Shown here: in pieces, positions 9,505 to 18,623 of the stretch
How positions within the stretch are numbered: position 1 is the first letter of the stretch
Layout: every line of letters begins with the position of its first letter
NCBI GenBank assembly: GCA_015233495.1
Contig: JADFXQ010000003.1
Location: forward strand, 5,860 to 69,859
Direction: 5' to 3'
DNA length: 64,000 bases
Source: Candidatus Omnitrophota bacterium
GTDB taxonomy: Bacteria > Omnitrophota > Gorgyraeia > Zapsychrales > Zapsychraceae
Notes under the pieces: generated by a model
The model's database searches: none
The model's input: the letters and a program-made list of their open reading frames with translations, nothing else
What the model was told of the DNA's origin: nothing
Made by a program: the position numbers and the translations under genes

Positions 9505-10367
9505 AAATGTTGTCTTTGGCGCTTTGTCCAAATTCGAAAAAATTTATTATAAGCCCGCGCCCGCTCGACAGCGCAACTTTTTTGAAAATGGACCCGCCAG
9601 GCTTGAAAATTACGGGTTTGGGGAATGCCGGTATTTCGGGATAAAAATTGTTGCCAAACGTCGAGCTCGTGTATATCGCCTAAAATTTCTTGGATCCCCA
9701 AAGCGGCGTCAATAAAAGGGTTCATCCGGCGGCCATAAAAGGGTTGGAATATTTCCAGAGTATAGCGCAATTTCTTAGCCGCGATTCGCGCCGCGTGCAG
9801 TTTTTGAATGTTCGACGGCTGACCCAGGTCAACGTCGTGAGCAAGCAATTGCCGCAAGCGTTTTAAAATTATTTTTTTCCGGCCGCCGGCAAACTGTCGC
9901 GCCGTCGGCGCCTTTGTTTTCAGAAGATCCGAGGTTAAAAATATGTTCAGACTATTAATATCATACACCGCGCCGGCTAACGCGCTATCGATTTGTTTTT
10001 GGGCGGTTTGCCGGCTTTTTTCGCAAAAACGGATCAGCGCGCTGATCCCGGCTTGATAACCGGAATTTTCCGGTTTGCGTTTAAGCCGCAATAAACAGCG
10101 GATTTGCACGTCCAATTCTCGGACCGGGCCAAACGCGCGGCCAATCCGGGAGAGCTGTTTGATCCATTGACCCGTTTTCCGATCCGGAAGTAATCCCCCG
10201 GCGTGAAAGGCGTGTAAAGCGGCTCTTAACCGGCGCGACGAAACCCTCGCCCGGTGCAAAGGCTCAAGATCACTGCCGCGGCCAGCCGCTGGCGCTTCTT
10301 TCAATAACACCTGAAGATGACGCGATAAAATTTTGCCGGCGTATACGCAAAAATCGCTATTTTTCAT
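9477..10367 (-). CDS. CHAD domain polyphosphate-binding protein
   Basis: LHRARVSSRRLR, VRELDV, LHAARIAAKKLRY, LGDIHELDV. Confidence 0.9.
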   Translation of the reverse strand: MKNSDFCVYAGKILSRHLQVLLKEAPAAGRGSDLEPLHRARVSSRRLRAALHAFHAGGLLPDRKTGQWIKQLSRIGRAFGPVRELDVQIRCLLRLKRKPENSGYQAGISALIRFCEKSRQTAQKQIDSALAGAVYDINSLNIFLTSDLLKTKAPTARQFAGGRKKIILKRLRQLLAHDVDLGQPSNIQKLHAARIAAKKLRYTLEIFQPFYGRRMNPFIDAALGIQEILGDIHELDVWQQFLSRNTGIPQTRNFQAWRVHFQKSCAVERARAYNKFFRIWTKRQRQHLWQNIQKII

Positions 10368-12400
10368 TGCGCGTAATAACCAATCAGCTGCTCCTGAACA
10401 TTCAAAAGATGCTCCACTTTGTCCGGACGGATATATTCCCGGCCGGGAGTGAGCCAGCGGGATTTCCGGTTATCTTGCCAATATTCTTCCAAAACGAATT
10501 TCAAATGCTGTCGCAGTTCATCCCGGTTGACTTCAAACAAAAGCTCGACCCGGCGGTCAAAATTGCGGGTCATCCAGTCCGCAGAAGACAAAAACACCCG
10601 TGATTCGGAATTATTATTGAACATATAAATCCGGGAATGTTCTAAAAACCTGCCGACTAAGCTTTTGACTTCAATATTCTCGCTCATCCCTGCCACACCG
10701 GGGACCAAACAGCATATGCCGCGCACGATCAACTTGATTTTCACGCCCGCGTTGGAGGCCTCATATAATTTTTCAATAATGGCCGTGTCTTCCAAAGAAT
10801 TAAACTTGGCAAAAATCAGACCGTTTTTATATTTTTTATGAAAAGCGATTTCCTTATCTATCAATTCGAAAAAATACTGTCTTAAGTCATAGGGCGCGGA
10901 AACGATCCGATGCCAGCGCGACGGCAAAGAATAACCGGTAATCACATTAAAAACATCGGAAATGTCTTTGGCAAAATCTTCGTTAGCGGTGAAGTATCCC
11001 ACATCAGTGTAAAGTTCCGCGGTTTTTTCATTATAGTTTCCGGTGGAAAGATGCACATACCGCCGGATCCGGCCTTCTTCCCGACGCACGATCAAGGTCA
11101 TTTTGGAATGAATTTTCATGCCGACGATTCCGTAAATCACATGGCATCCGGCCGCCTCCAGCTCGCGGGTCCAGTCAATGTTCCTCTCCTCTTCAAAGCG
11201 GGCCTTGATTTCCACCAGAACCGTTACCTGCTTCTTGTTTTTGGCGGCTTCGATGAGCGCCTTGATGATCCCGGAATTCTCGCTCGCCCGATAAAGCGTC
11301 ATTTTCATCGCCAGCACATCTTTATCCCGGGCCGCAGACTGAATCAAATCCACGGTAGGCTGAAAAGACTGAAAAGGAAAATGCCGGATAAAATCATTTT
11401 CTTTGATTCTATCAAAAATATTCTCCGCATCCATCCGCGCCGGCGTAAAACTTTTAAAAAATAACGCCGGTTTGCTAACTTGCGGCGGCACTTCGAACAA
11501 ATATGTCAAATCTAAATCTCCATCGATAAAAGTCACCTGATTCTTAGGAAAGTCAATGCCGGCGGCGAGCATATCTAGCAGTTGAGAATGATGGTTTTTC
11601 TCAACCTGCAGATTGACCACTTTGGCCTTCGGCCGTTTTTGAATCTCATTTTCAATAACTTTCAATAGATCCGAGTGGTATTCTTCCTGAGCCGAAAGTT
11701 CGCTGTCCCGAATCACCCGGAACAAAAAACTCCCCAGAATTTGAAACCCTATAAAAAACGCCTCCATATTTTCCCGGATAATCTCGTCAATCCGGATAAA
11801 AGAAAAATCTTCCTTTTCGGAGGGCAATTTAAAAAGCCGCGGCACGGATTTCGGAATCGTGATCATCGCCAGATAGGTGGTGTCATTGCGGCCTAAAAGC
11901 ACGGCAAAGGCATTAGTTTTAGAAGCCAAAATCGGAAAAGGATGGCCCGGATCAATCGCCATGGGCGTAATGATCGGATAGAGGGTAGATTCAAAATAAT
12001 TCTTCGCGGCTCTTTTTTGCTCGGAATTCAACTGGGCGGGATTCAAAATAAAAACCTGATTCCGGGCCAACTCCTGGCGGATTGCCCCCTTCTCCAAGTC
12101 ATACAAGCAATACAGCCGCTCGATCAAAGAAGCGATGCGGGTTTGAATATCGGTAGATAAATCCGAAGGATAATATCCAAAATTGTCTTTATGATTATAC
12201 CCGGCGTCTAAAAGACGTTTCAAACCGGCGACCCGGACCATCAAAAATTCGTCCAGATTGTTCGCGCAGATGGCGATAAACTTCAGCCTTTCCAAAAGCG
12301 GATTGCTTTCATCTAAGGCCTCTTCCAGCACCCGTTCATTAAACGCCAGCCAGCTTAAATCGCGGTGAATAAATTTGATTTTAGAATCTGACTTTTCCAT
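10364..12400 (-). CDS. ppk1: Polyphosphate kinase 1
   Basis: RDLSWLAFNERVL, NLDEF, KIHSK, STGNYN, GRFLEHSR, SSADWMTRN. Confidence 0.97.
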   Translation of the reverse strand: MEKSDSKIKFIHRDLSWLAFNERVLEEALDESNPLLERLKFIAICANNLDEFLMVRVAGLKRLLDAGYNHKDNFGYYPSDLSTDIQTRIASLIERLYCLYDLEKGAIRQELARNQVFILNPAQLNSEQKRAAKNYFESTLYPIITPMAIDPGHPFPILASKTNAFAVLLGRNDTTYLAMITIPKSVPRLFKLPSEKEDFSFIRIDEIIRENMEAFFIGFQILGSFLFRVIRDSELSAQEEYHSDLLKVIENEIQKRPKAKVVNLQVEKNHHSQLLDMLAAGIDFPKNQVTFIDGDLDLTYLFEVPPQVSKPALFFKSFTPARMDAENIFDRIKENDFIRHFPFQSFQPTVDLIQSAARDKDVLAMKMTLYRASENSGIIKALIEAAKNKKQVTVLVEIKARFEEERNIDWTRELEAAGCHVIYGIVGMKIHSKMTLIVRREEGRIRRYVHLSTGNYNEKTAELYTDVGYFTANEDFAKDISDVFNVITGYSLPSRWHRIVSAPYDLRQYFFELIDKEIAFHKKYKNGLIFAKFNSLEDTAIIEKLYEASNAGVKIKLIVRGICCLVPGVAGMSENIEVKSLVGRFLEHSRIYMFNNNSESRVFLSSADWMTRNFDRRVELLFEVNRDELRQHLKFVLEEYWQDNRKSRWLTPGREYIRPDKVEHLLNVQEQLIGYYAQ

Positions 12401-12413
12401 GATAAGAATAGTT

Positions 12414-13964
12414 TTAAATTGATTGGATTTTTAAATTGATTTTTTTACCCGAAATCTCTTCAAACATTTCTTTTTTGTCGATAAATTCGAGTTTTTCCAA
12501 CACGAAATTCCCTTCGACCCGGACCTGCAAAACAATGTCCTGACCACGGGTAAATTCGACCTGCAGTTTTTTAACCTTGAGTTTGTGCGCCCGGTCGAGC
12601 GCGTTAGAAATCCGTAAAATCGAGCTCAATTTCTGCACTAAGATCTGTTTGTCTTTCGCCAGGGACTGATAAACCAAATGCGAGTCCGCCGGCAATCCCC
12701 GGCGGTGATAACGGGCAATACAGGCGATCACCTTAATTTCCTCATCCGTAAGCCTAAACAAATTGAGATTGGAAATTATATACTCGGTATGTTTGTGATG
12801 CGCCCGGTTATAAATGAACATGCCAATCGGATGCAAATATGACGCGAGCAAAAGATATAATAAATCGGATTTTTTCAAACCCAAAGTTTCTTTAAAACCG
12901 TCGAACAAGGTCTCGGACATTTCCGCGATGTGCTGAACATGCCTCAAATCGACGTTGTACTTTTCGCAGAGCCACTTGCTGACCGAAATCAACTGATTGG
13001 TTTTGTTGTATTTTTGCGAAACTTCAAAGTCCAAAACCATATAAGCCAAAACCGCCTCGGCCAAAGAGGCCTCCAGAATATGAATGTTCTTATTTTCAGT
13101 CAGGTTGGCGAAAGTGTTGAGGATCATCGCGTATCCGGCAAAAGTGTCGGCGCTTTCCGACGGAATTTTATGTTCCGCGGCGATTTGTTCGGCGTCTTGA
13201 TTGGCAATAGTTTCCAAAAGCCCTTGGGTTTCGGCCAGATTCATTTGAAAAAACTTATGCTGAAAAACCTTTTCCGGAATCAATTTGGGCAAAAAGGAGG
13301 TGTAACTTTCATCGATCAGAATAATATCGTCCACCTTGACCGAGGCAAGGTCGCGTTTTAAATACGCGAATTCGCATTCAATATTTTCCCCCACCGCGGC
13401 ATAATTTTCTTTGCGGCTGCCGTCGAGCTTGCTCATCAGCTGTTTAAGCCTCAGCATGCCTAACGGCAAGCCGATGTTCATCAGCGTGTAACCCTGGGCC
13501 ATCACCGAAATATCCAGACTGCCGGCCCCGATTTCCGCGATCAAAAGATTCTTCGTATGCAGAGGATATTTGTCTTTAAGGATATGGTAGAGATAAGCGT
13601 CAATATAATAAATAACATCGCCGGCCGTGAATACCTCGATGTTCAAACCGGTGCGCCGGGAAATTGTGTCAATAAACACATCGCGATTATCCGCCTCCCG
13701 CACCGCAGTGGTCGCAATCACTTTCACATCCGAAATATCGTATTCCTTCAATTTCTCAGCGTATTTTTCCAAAATGGCAACGGTGCGGTTAATCGTCTCC
13801 TGAGAAAAACGGCCTTTATAAAAAGTGTCTTTGCCCAAAAGCGTGACGTTTTTCAAGGATTCCAAAACCTTAATATCGGATTCCGCTTCCTCGGCAATCA
13901 GCAAACGGATGGAATGGGTCCCGATATCAATCACCGCGGCGCGGACAACTTTATTATCTTTCAT
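12414..13964 (-). CDS. ppx: Ppx/GppA family exopolyphosphatase-like protein with divergent catalytic motifs
   Basis: DIGTHSIRL, ATTAVREA, EIGAGSLD and a C-terminal HD-like domain. Confidence 0.8.
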   Translation of the reverse strand: MKDNKVVRAAVIDIGTHSIRLLIAEEAESDIKVLESLKNVTLLGKDTFYKGRFSQETINRTVAILEKYAEKLKEYDISDVKVIATTAVREADNRDVFIDTISRRTGLNIEVFTAGDVIYYIDAYLYHILKDKYPLHTKNLLIAEIGAGSLDISVMAQGYTLMNIGLPLGMLRLKQLMSKLDGSRKENYAAVGENIECEFAYLKRDLASVKVDDIILIDESYTSFLPKLIPEKVFQHKFFQMNLAETQGLLETIANQDAEQIAAEHKIPSESADTFAGYAMILNTFANLTENKNIHILEASLAEAVLAYMVLDFEVSQKYNKTNQLISVSKWLCEKYNVDLRHVQHIAEMSETLFDGFKETLGLKKSDLLYLLLASYLHPIGMFIYNRAHHKHTEYIISNLNLFRLTDEEIKVIACIARYHRRGLPADSHLVYQSLAKDKQILVQKLSSILRISNALDRAHKLKVKKLQVEFTRGQDIVLQVRVEGNFVLEKLEFIDKKEMFEEISGKKINLKIQSI

Positions 13965-13982
13965 CGTTTCAACCCCGTAAGT

Positions 13983-14816
13983 TTAAACAATTTTAATATT
14001 TTTCAAATTTTGTTCCGGCGCGGGATAGCGCATATTTAATTGGTCTAAGGCCGCGGTCACGGCCAGCGAAACAAAAAAATTGCGCTGCTTTGGTTGATCC
14101 GACGGAACAATATACCACGGCGCCCAAGCTGTTGCGGTCGCGCTAATTGCTTTTTCATACGCTTGAACGTACGCCGGCCAGAATTTTCTTTCCTGCAAAT
14201 CCGCGGAATTGAATTTCCAATTTTTTTCCGGATTATCCAATCGGGCCCGTAAACGCCGAGCTTGCTCCTCAAAACTGATATGCAAAAAGAATTTGAGGAT
14301 AATTGCTCCTTCTTCGGTCAGCATCTTCTCGAAATGATGGATCTGGCCATAACGTTTCTCGATGAGCTTATCCGGCGCCAAATGATGAACGCGGGTCACC
14401 AGCACATCTTCATAATGACTGCGGTTAAAAATAACGATCTCTCCTTTGGCCGGAGTTTTTTGATGCACCCGCCAGAGATAATCGTGATCCGCCTCTTCCG
14501 GAGTCGGGACTTTAAAGGCCGCCACCCGCACGCCTTGCGGATTAATCCCTTGAAACACGTGTTTGATTACCCCGTCTTTGCCCGCCGTATCCATGCCTTG
14601 CAAAACAATCAAAACTTTGTGCTTATGTTCGGCGTAAAGCAAGGCCTGCAGAACCGCTAATTTTTCCTGCAGGCTCTGGATAAGCTGATCCTCATCTTTT
14701 TTCTGAATAAATTTTAAGCTGTCGTCCGGCGGAAAATCCGCGAGCCGAAACCCTTTCGGCGACCCAACCCGGTATTTATTCAAAAAAACGTTTGTTTTCT
14801 TCAAAGGATTTTTCAT
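13983..14816 (-). CDS. ppk2: Polyphosphate kinase 2 family (class III-like)
   Basis: LQGMDTAGKDG, FNRSHYEDVL, KFFLHIS, WKF, APWY. Confidence 0.92.
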   Translation of the reverse strand: MKNPLKKTNVFLNKYRVGSPKGFRLADFPPDDSLKFIQKKDEDQLIQSLQEKLAVLQALLYAEHKHKVLIVLQGMDTAGKDGVIKHVFQGINPQGVRVAAFKVPTPEEADHDYLWRVHQKTPAKGEIVIFNRSHYEDVLVTRVHHLAPDKLIEKRYGQIHHFEKMLTEEGAIILKFFLHISFEEQARRLRARLDNPEKNWKFNSADLQERKFWPAYVQAYEKAISATATAWAPWYIVPSDQPKQRNFFVSLAVTAALDQLNMRYPAPEQNLKNIKIV

Positions 14817-14826
14817 GAGTTTTTTA

Positions 14827-14855
14827 ATTATAGACGGGGGGGGTAATTCTATCAA
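14827..14855 (-). promoter_or_regulatory. Sigma70-type promoter of the polyP operon, with a C8 tract in the spacer
   Basis: TTGATA-17bp-TATAAT. G8 on the + strand at 14836-14843. Confidence 0.65.
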
Positions 14856-14876
14856 GGCATATTTGCGTCATGGACA

Positions 14877-16253
14877 TTAAGAAGGCGAATCTGGCGCTGA
14901 CGTCCCGGAGATATAAGCGCAATATATCAACATAATGACTGCGGCAGTCAATAATAGACGCGGCGAGGCGTCGTATAAAAACATATCCCCAGGAATAACC
15001 ACTGTAAGAACTAAAATCAAAACCATTTGGCATAATACATTTACGATAAAATAAAAATATGGCCGGCGGAGGCATTTTGAGAAATTAATTAACGATACAA
15101 ATAAAAACATCATTCCGGTGACATTAAAATATGAAATCAGTTGAATTCGGTAAGCGATATTGTCTATCCCAACCCTGCAACGCTTAGCCATATCCATCAC
15201 AGACCCGACTCGCGATAAAATATCCCGGTTGATTAAAACGTTTTCCAACCCCAAAATATTTTTTTGCGCCAGCCAGGGGCCAATGATTGCTCCGATAATC
15301 AAAAAATAAACGATCAGATCAAAAATTATCTGTCTAAACCCTTTCTGTTTTGCCGTCAATAAAATGACCAAACCATTGAACAAGGCGTAAACCATTCCTT
15401 CGTTTTTCGTCCATACTGCGAATCCGGCAAAAATCGCGGAAAGAATAAACCAGCCCTGTCCCTCCTTTTGTTCCCATTCCAATAAAAATACAAAGCTAAG
15501 CACATAATAAAACAAAAGGACCGGTTCTGAAATTGTTCCCACGGCCGTCCAAACCAAACCCGGAAGAGTCAAAATAAAAAACGCGGCAGCCAAACTCAAA
15601 ACCCGGCTGATTCTCCTGCGTAAAAAAGCGTAAACACCCGCGGCCAACCCGCAGTGAAACAAAGGATAAATGATCCGGGAACATTGGTCATTCCAGGTGT
15701 TTAACCACGTAAATATCCATGTTCCCATGAGAGGTACATGCTGGGGATAATCCCAATTCCCCCAAACATTGCGGAAATCAGCAAATTTAGCGAACGGCAC
15801 CTTTTGTTCAACAAAAAAAATCTTGGCTTTAAAACCCCAGAAAGCCCAACTGTCCCACGCCTCGGCGGCCATAGTCCACGTACGGAAAACCATATTCCCT
15901 GCCGCGATTATGATAAAGGTTACCAATAAACCTTCGATCCAGGTATACATCGAAGCTACGGGCTTATATTCACTTGGCCCATTTGCTTTCGCCGGGAATA
16001 GCCACGACCTGAAAAACAAAATAACCATCGGAACTAATAAAGAACCCCCGACAATCACCGCTGGCGAAAAATCAATCTCCAATAAAGACAGATAAAACAT
16101 CACCAAAGTCAAAATGCCAAAACCCAAACCATAGGAGACAAAAACCTTTTCCCAAAAAAACATTCGGCGTTTGAGAAAAAACGGCGACAAGGACAACCAG
16201 CCAATCAGGATGGGAATAAATACCGCGGTCAATACTCCAAAGAAAATAATCAT
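14877..16253 (-). CDS. Multi-pass membrane GT-C (ArnT/PMT-like) glycosyltransferase
   Basis: About 12 hydrophobic helices. WDSW, DYP, WTKNEG motifs. Confidence 0.65.
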   Translation of the reverse strand: MIIFFGVLTAVFIPILIGWLSLSPFFLKRRMFFWEKVFVSYGLGFGILTLVMFYLSLLEIDFSPAVIVGGSLLVPMVILFFRSWLFPAKANGPSEYKPVASMYTWIEGLLVTFIIIAAGNMVFRTWTMAAEAWDSWAFWGFKAKIFFVEQKVPFAKFADFRNVWGNWDYPQHVPLMGTWIFTWLNTWNDQCSRIIYPLFHCGLAAGVYAFLRRRISRVLSLAAAFFILTLPGLVWTAVGTISEPVLLFYYVLSFVFLLEWEQKEGQGWFILSAIFAGFAVWTKNEGMVYALFNGLVILLTAKQKGFRQIIFDLIVYFLIIGAIIGPWLAQKNILGLENVLINRDILSRVGSVMDMAKRCRVGIDNIAYRIQLISYFNVTGMMFLFVSLINFSKCLRRPYFYFIVNVLCQMVLILVLTVVIPGDMFLYDASPRLLLTAAVIMLIYCAYISGTSAPDSPS

Positions 16254-16732
16254 GACTTACCCTTTTTCCGCAGGAGAAATTCTTTATCGCAGGTTAATAA
16301 ATATTTATCCGGGCCAAAATCTTTTATCCTGGCATAACCTGCAGGCGCCCGAAAATCCGGTTGTTGATAAACTAAAATATATTTTTGCCGCAGAGTATTC
16401 TCCCCATAGTTGCGCGGATAAAGATAATACCGGCCTTTATCGCGCAAAAATTCCAACTTATTTTGTGGAGCAATCGGAAGAATGATTTGCAGTGGTTCCC
16501 CAGAAGGTAAAACCCGGTCGCAATATTTCAATATCGGGTAATAATCACGCGTGGAATCATCATAAGCCGCGGAATAAGAACGCAGACGATTCAAACCGGA
16601 ATTTAGGGCAAAGACATAATATTTATTTTCATCCTGCCAAATCCTCACCAATTGTTTGAGCCAAATCCCGCACCAAACAAAACTAAAAAAAACAAATACC
16701 GATATCCGCATTGAATGCCGCGGCAAAAACAT
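16250..16732 (-). CDS. Hypothetical membrane-anchored protein
   Basis: ATG immediately after the rmlB stop, N-terminal TM helix, ATGA-coupled to the GT-C gene. Confidence 0.65.
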   Translation of the reverse strand: MFLPRHSMRISVFVFFSFVWCGIWLKQLVRIWQDENKYYVFALNSGLNRLRSYSAAYDDSTRDYYPILKYCDRVLPSGEPLQIILPIAPQNKLEFLRDKGRYYLYPRNYGENTLRQKYILVYQQPDFRAPAGYARIKDFGPDKYLLTCDKEFLLRKKGKS

Positions 16733-16733
16733 T

Positions 16734-17726
16734 TCAATATCCCCCGCGATATTGGCCGGACTGGATCCGCTGCATCCAAGGTATATTTTCCCGATACCAG
16801 CGAATCGTTTTTTTAATGCTTTCTTCAAACAACGCCCGCGGCTCCCACCCAAACTCGTTACGGATTTTTCCCGAGTCAATGGCATAGCGCCGGTCATGAC
16901 CCAGGCGGTCATCCACAAACCGGATCAAGCTTTCCGGTTTACCCAGCTCTTTTAAAATCAATTTCACAATATCGATATTCCGCCATTCATTGTTCGCGCC
17001 GATATTATAAATTTCTCCCGGCCTTCCCTGCCGCAAGACCATATCCACGGCGCGGCAATGATCTTCAACATAAATCCAGTCGCGCACATTTTGCCCGTCG
17101 CCATAAACCGGCAAAGGTTGATCGCCCAGAGCGTTGGCAATCATTAAAGGGATCAGTTTTTCCGGAAATTGATAAGGCCCATAATTATTGGAACAACGGG
17201 TGATTATGACGGGCAAGCCATAGGTGTGATGATACGCGGCGGCCAACAGATCCGCGCTTGCCTTGCTCGCGGCATAAGGACTGTTAGGCGAAAGCGGGGA
17301 TTTTTCAGTGAAAGCGCCGTTTGGACCCAGACTGCCATAAACTTCATCGGTCGACACCTGCACAAACCGTTCAACACCGCACGCCCGGGCATGGTCCAGC
17401 AAAACCTGGGTGCCAAGCGTGTTCGTGCGGATAAAAACTTCCGGACCCTCAATACTGCGGTCAACATGCGACTCGGCCGCGAAATGCACCACCGCGTTCA
17501 CGCGCCGCATTACCGCGCTGACCTGCGCTCCATTGGCGATATCCCCCCGGACAAATTCATAACGCGGATCTCCCGCGATATCTGCCAAATTATCCGGATT
17601 GCCGGCATAGGTCAAAGCATCAAAATTGATCACCCGCAGATCCGAATAGGCATTAAGCAAATACCGGATAAAATTTGACCCGATAAACCCCGCTCCGCCG
17701 GTGATAAGTACTTTCTTTCGCGGCAC
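16734..17726 (-). CDS. rfbB: dTDP-glucose 4,6-dehydratase
   Basis: GGAGFIG, HFAAESHVDRS, STDEVYG, YAASKA, RCSNNYGP. Confidence 0.97.
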   Translation of the reverse strand: MPRKKVLITGGAGFIGSNFIRYLLNAYSDLRVINFDALTYAGNPDNLADIAGDPRYEFVRGDIANGAQVSAVMRRVNAVVHFAAESHVDRSIEGPEVFIRTNTLGTQVLLDHARACGVERFVQVSTDEVYGSLGPNGAFTEKSPLSPNSPYAASKASADLLAAAYHHTYGLPVIITRCSNNYGPYQFPEKLIPLMIANALGDQPLPVYGDGQNVRDWIYVEDHCRAVDMVLRQGRPGEIYNIGANNEWRNIDIVKLILKELGKPESLIRFVDDRLGHDRRYAIDSGKIRNEFGWEPRALFEESIKKTIRWYRENIPWMQRIQSGQYRGGY

Positions 17727-17739
17727 GCGTATTTCCTTT

Positions 17740-18600
17740 TTAAAGACAGCGTTCGTGTTCGGAATTCTCCCTAACGTATTTTTCCACTCCTTCCTGCCAG
17801 GCCGGAATGATTATGCCCAATTGACTGGATATTTTTTGGTTAGACATCGCGGTAAAAAGCGGTCGCACGACCTTGGGTTGAAAATGCGCGGCCGGCACCG
17901 GGATTGCGAAGGCGTCCAAACCCGCGGCCTGGATGAAAAATTTGGCCAATTCATAACGCGAAGCGTATCCGCTGTTCGTCAGATGATACAAACCGCTCAA
18001 CCCTTTGTCCAAAGCCAATAAAGTAATCCGCGCCAAATCTTCCGCGGCAGTTGGAACCGAAACTTCATCCGAGGCAATACGCAAAATCCGGTTTTTTGCC
18101 GCCCACTGCGAAACTTTATAAAGAAAATTCTGCCGGCCTTGGCCAAAAACCCAACTGGTACGCAGCAGCAAATAATCCGCCCCGCTGGTTTGCACCAACT
18201 TTTCTCCTTCCAGTTTAGTCGAGCCATAAACGTTCAAAGGGCGGGGCGCGTCGTCTTCCGTGTACAAATCATATTTCTCCCCGTCGAAAACATAGTCGGT
18301 GCTGTAATGGACAAATTTGATGCCCCGGGCTTGACAAGCCCGCGCCATCATCTGCACCGCCCGGCTGTTGACTGTCTCGGCAATGTCTTTTTGCTGTTGG
18401 GCCTCATCTACCAAATTATACGCCGCGCAATTGATCAGCACGGTCGGCTTATGCCCCTCCAGCAAGACATTGATATCGCCTAACCGGGTGATATCGCAGG
18501 TTGCAACATCTGTCGCGACATAAGCTATGCCGCGTTCAAGCAATTCTTTCTGAAACGCCAATCCTAACTGACCATCCGCTCCGGTAATCGCGATTTTCAT
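17740..18600 (-). CDS. rfbD: dTDP-4-dehydrorhamnose reductase
   Basis: GADGQLG, NCAAY, STDYVFDG, YGSTK. Confidence 0.95.
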   Translation of the reverse strand: MKIAITGADGQLGLAFQKELLERGIAYVATDVATCDITRLGDINVLLEGHKPTVLINCAAYNLVDEAQQQKDIAETVNSRAVQMMARACQARGIKFVHYSTDYVFDGEKYDLYTEDDAPRPLNVYGSTKLEGEKLVQTSGADYLLLRTSWVFGQGRQNFLYKVSQWAAKNRILRIASDEVSVPTAAEDLARITLLALDKGLSGLYHLTNSGYASRYELAKFFIQAAGLDAFAIPVPAAHFQPKVVRPLFTAMSNQKISSQLGIIIPAWQEGVEKYVRENSEHERCL

Positions 18601-18623
18601 AAATAATTTTCTGGGAAAATTTA

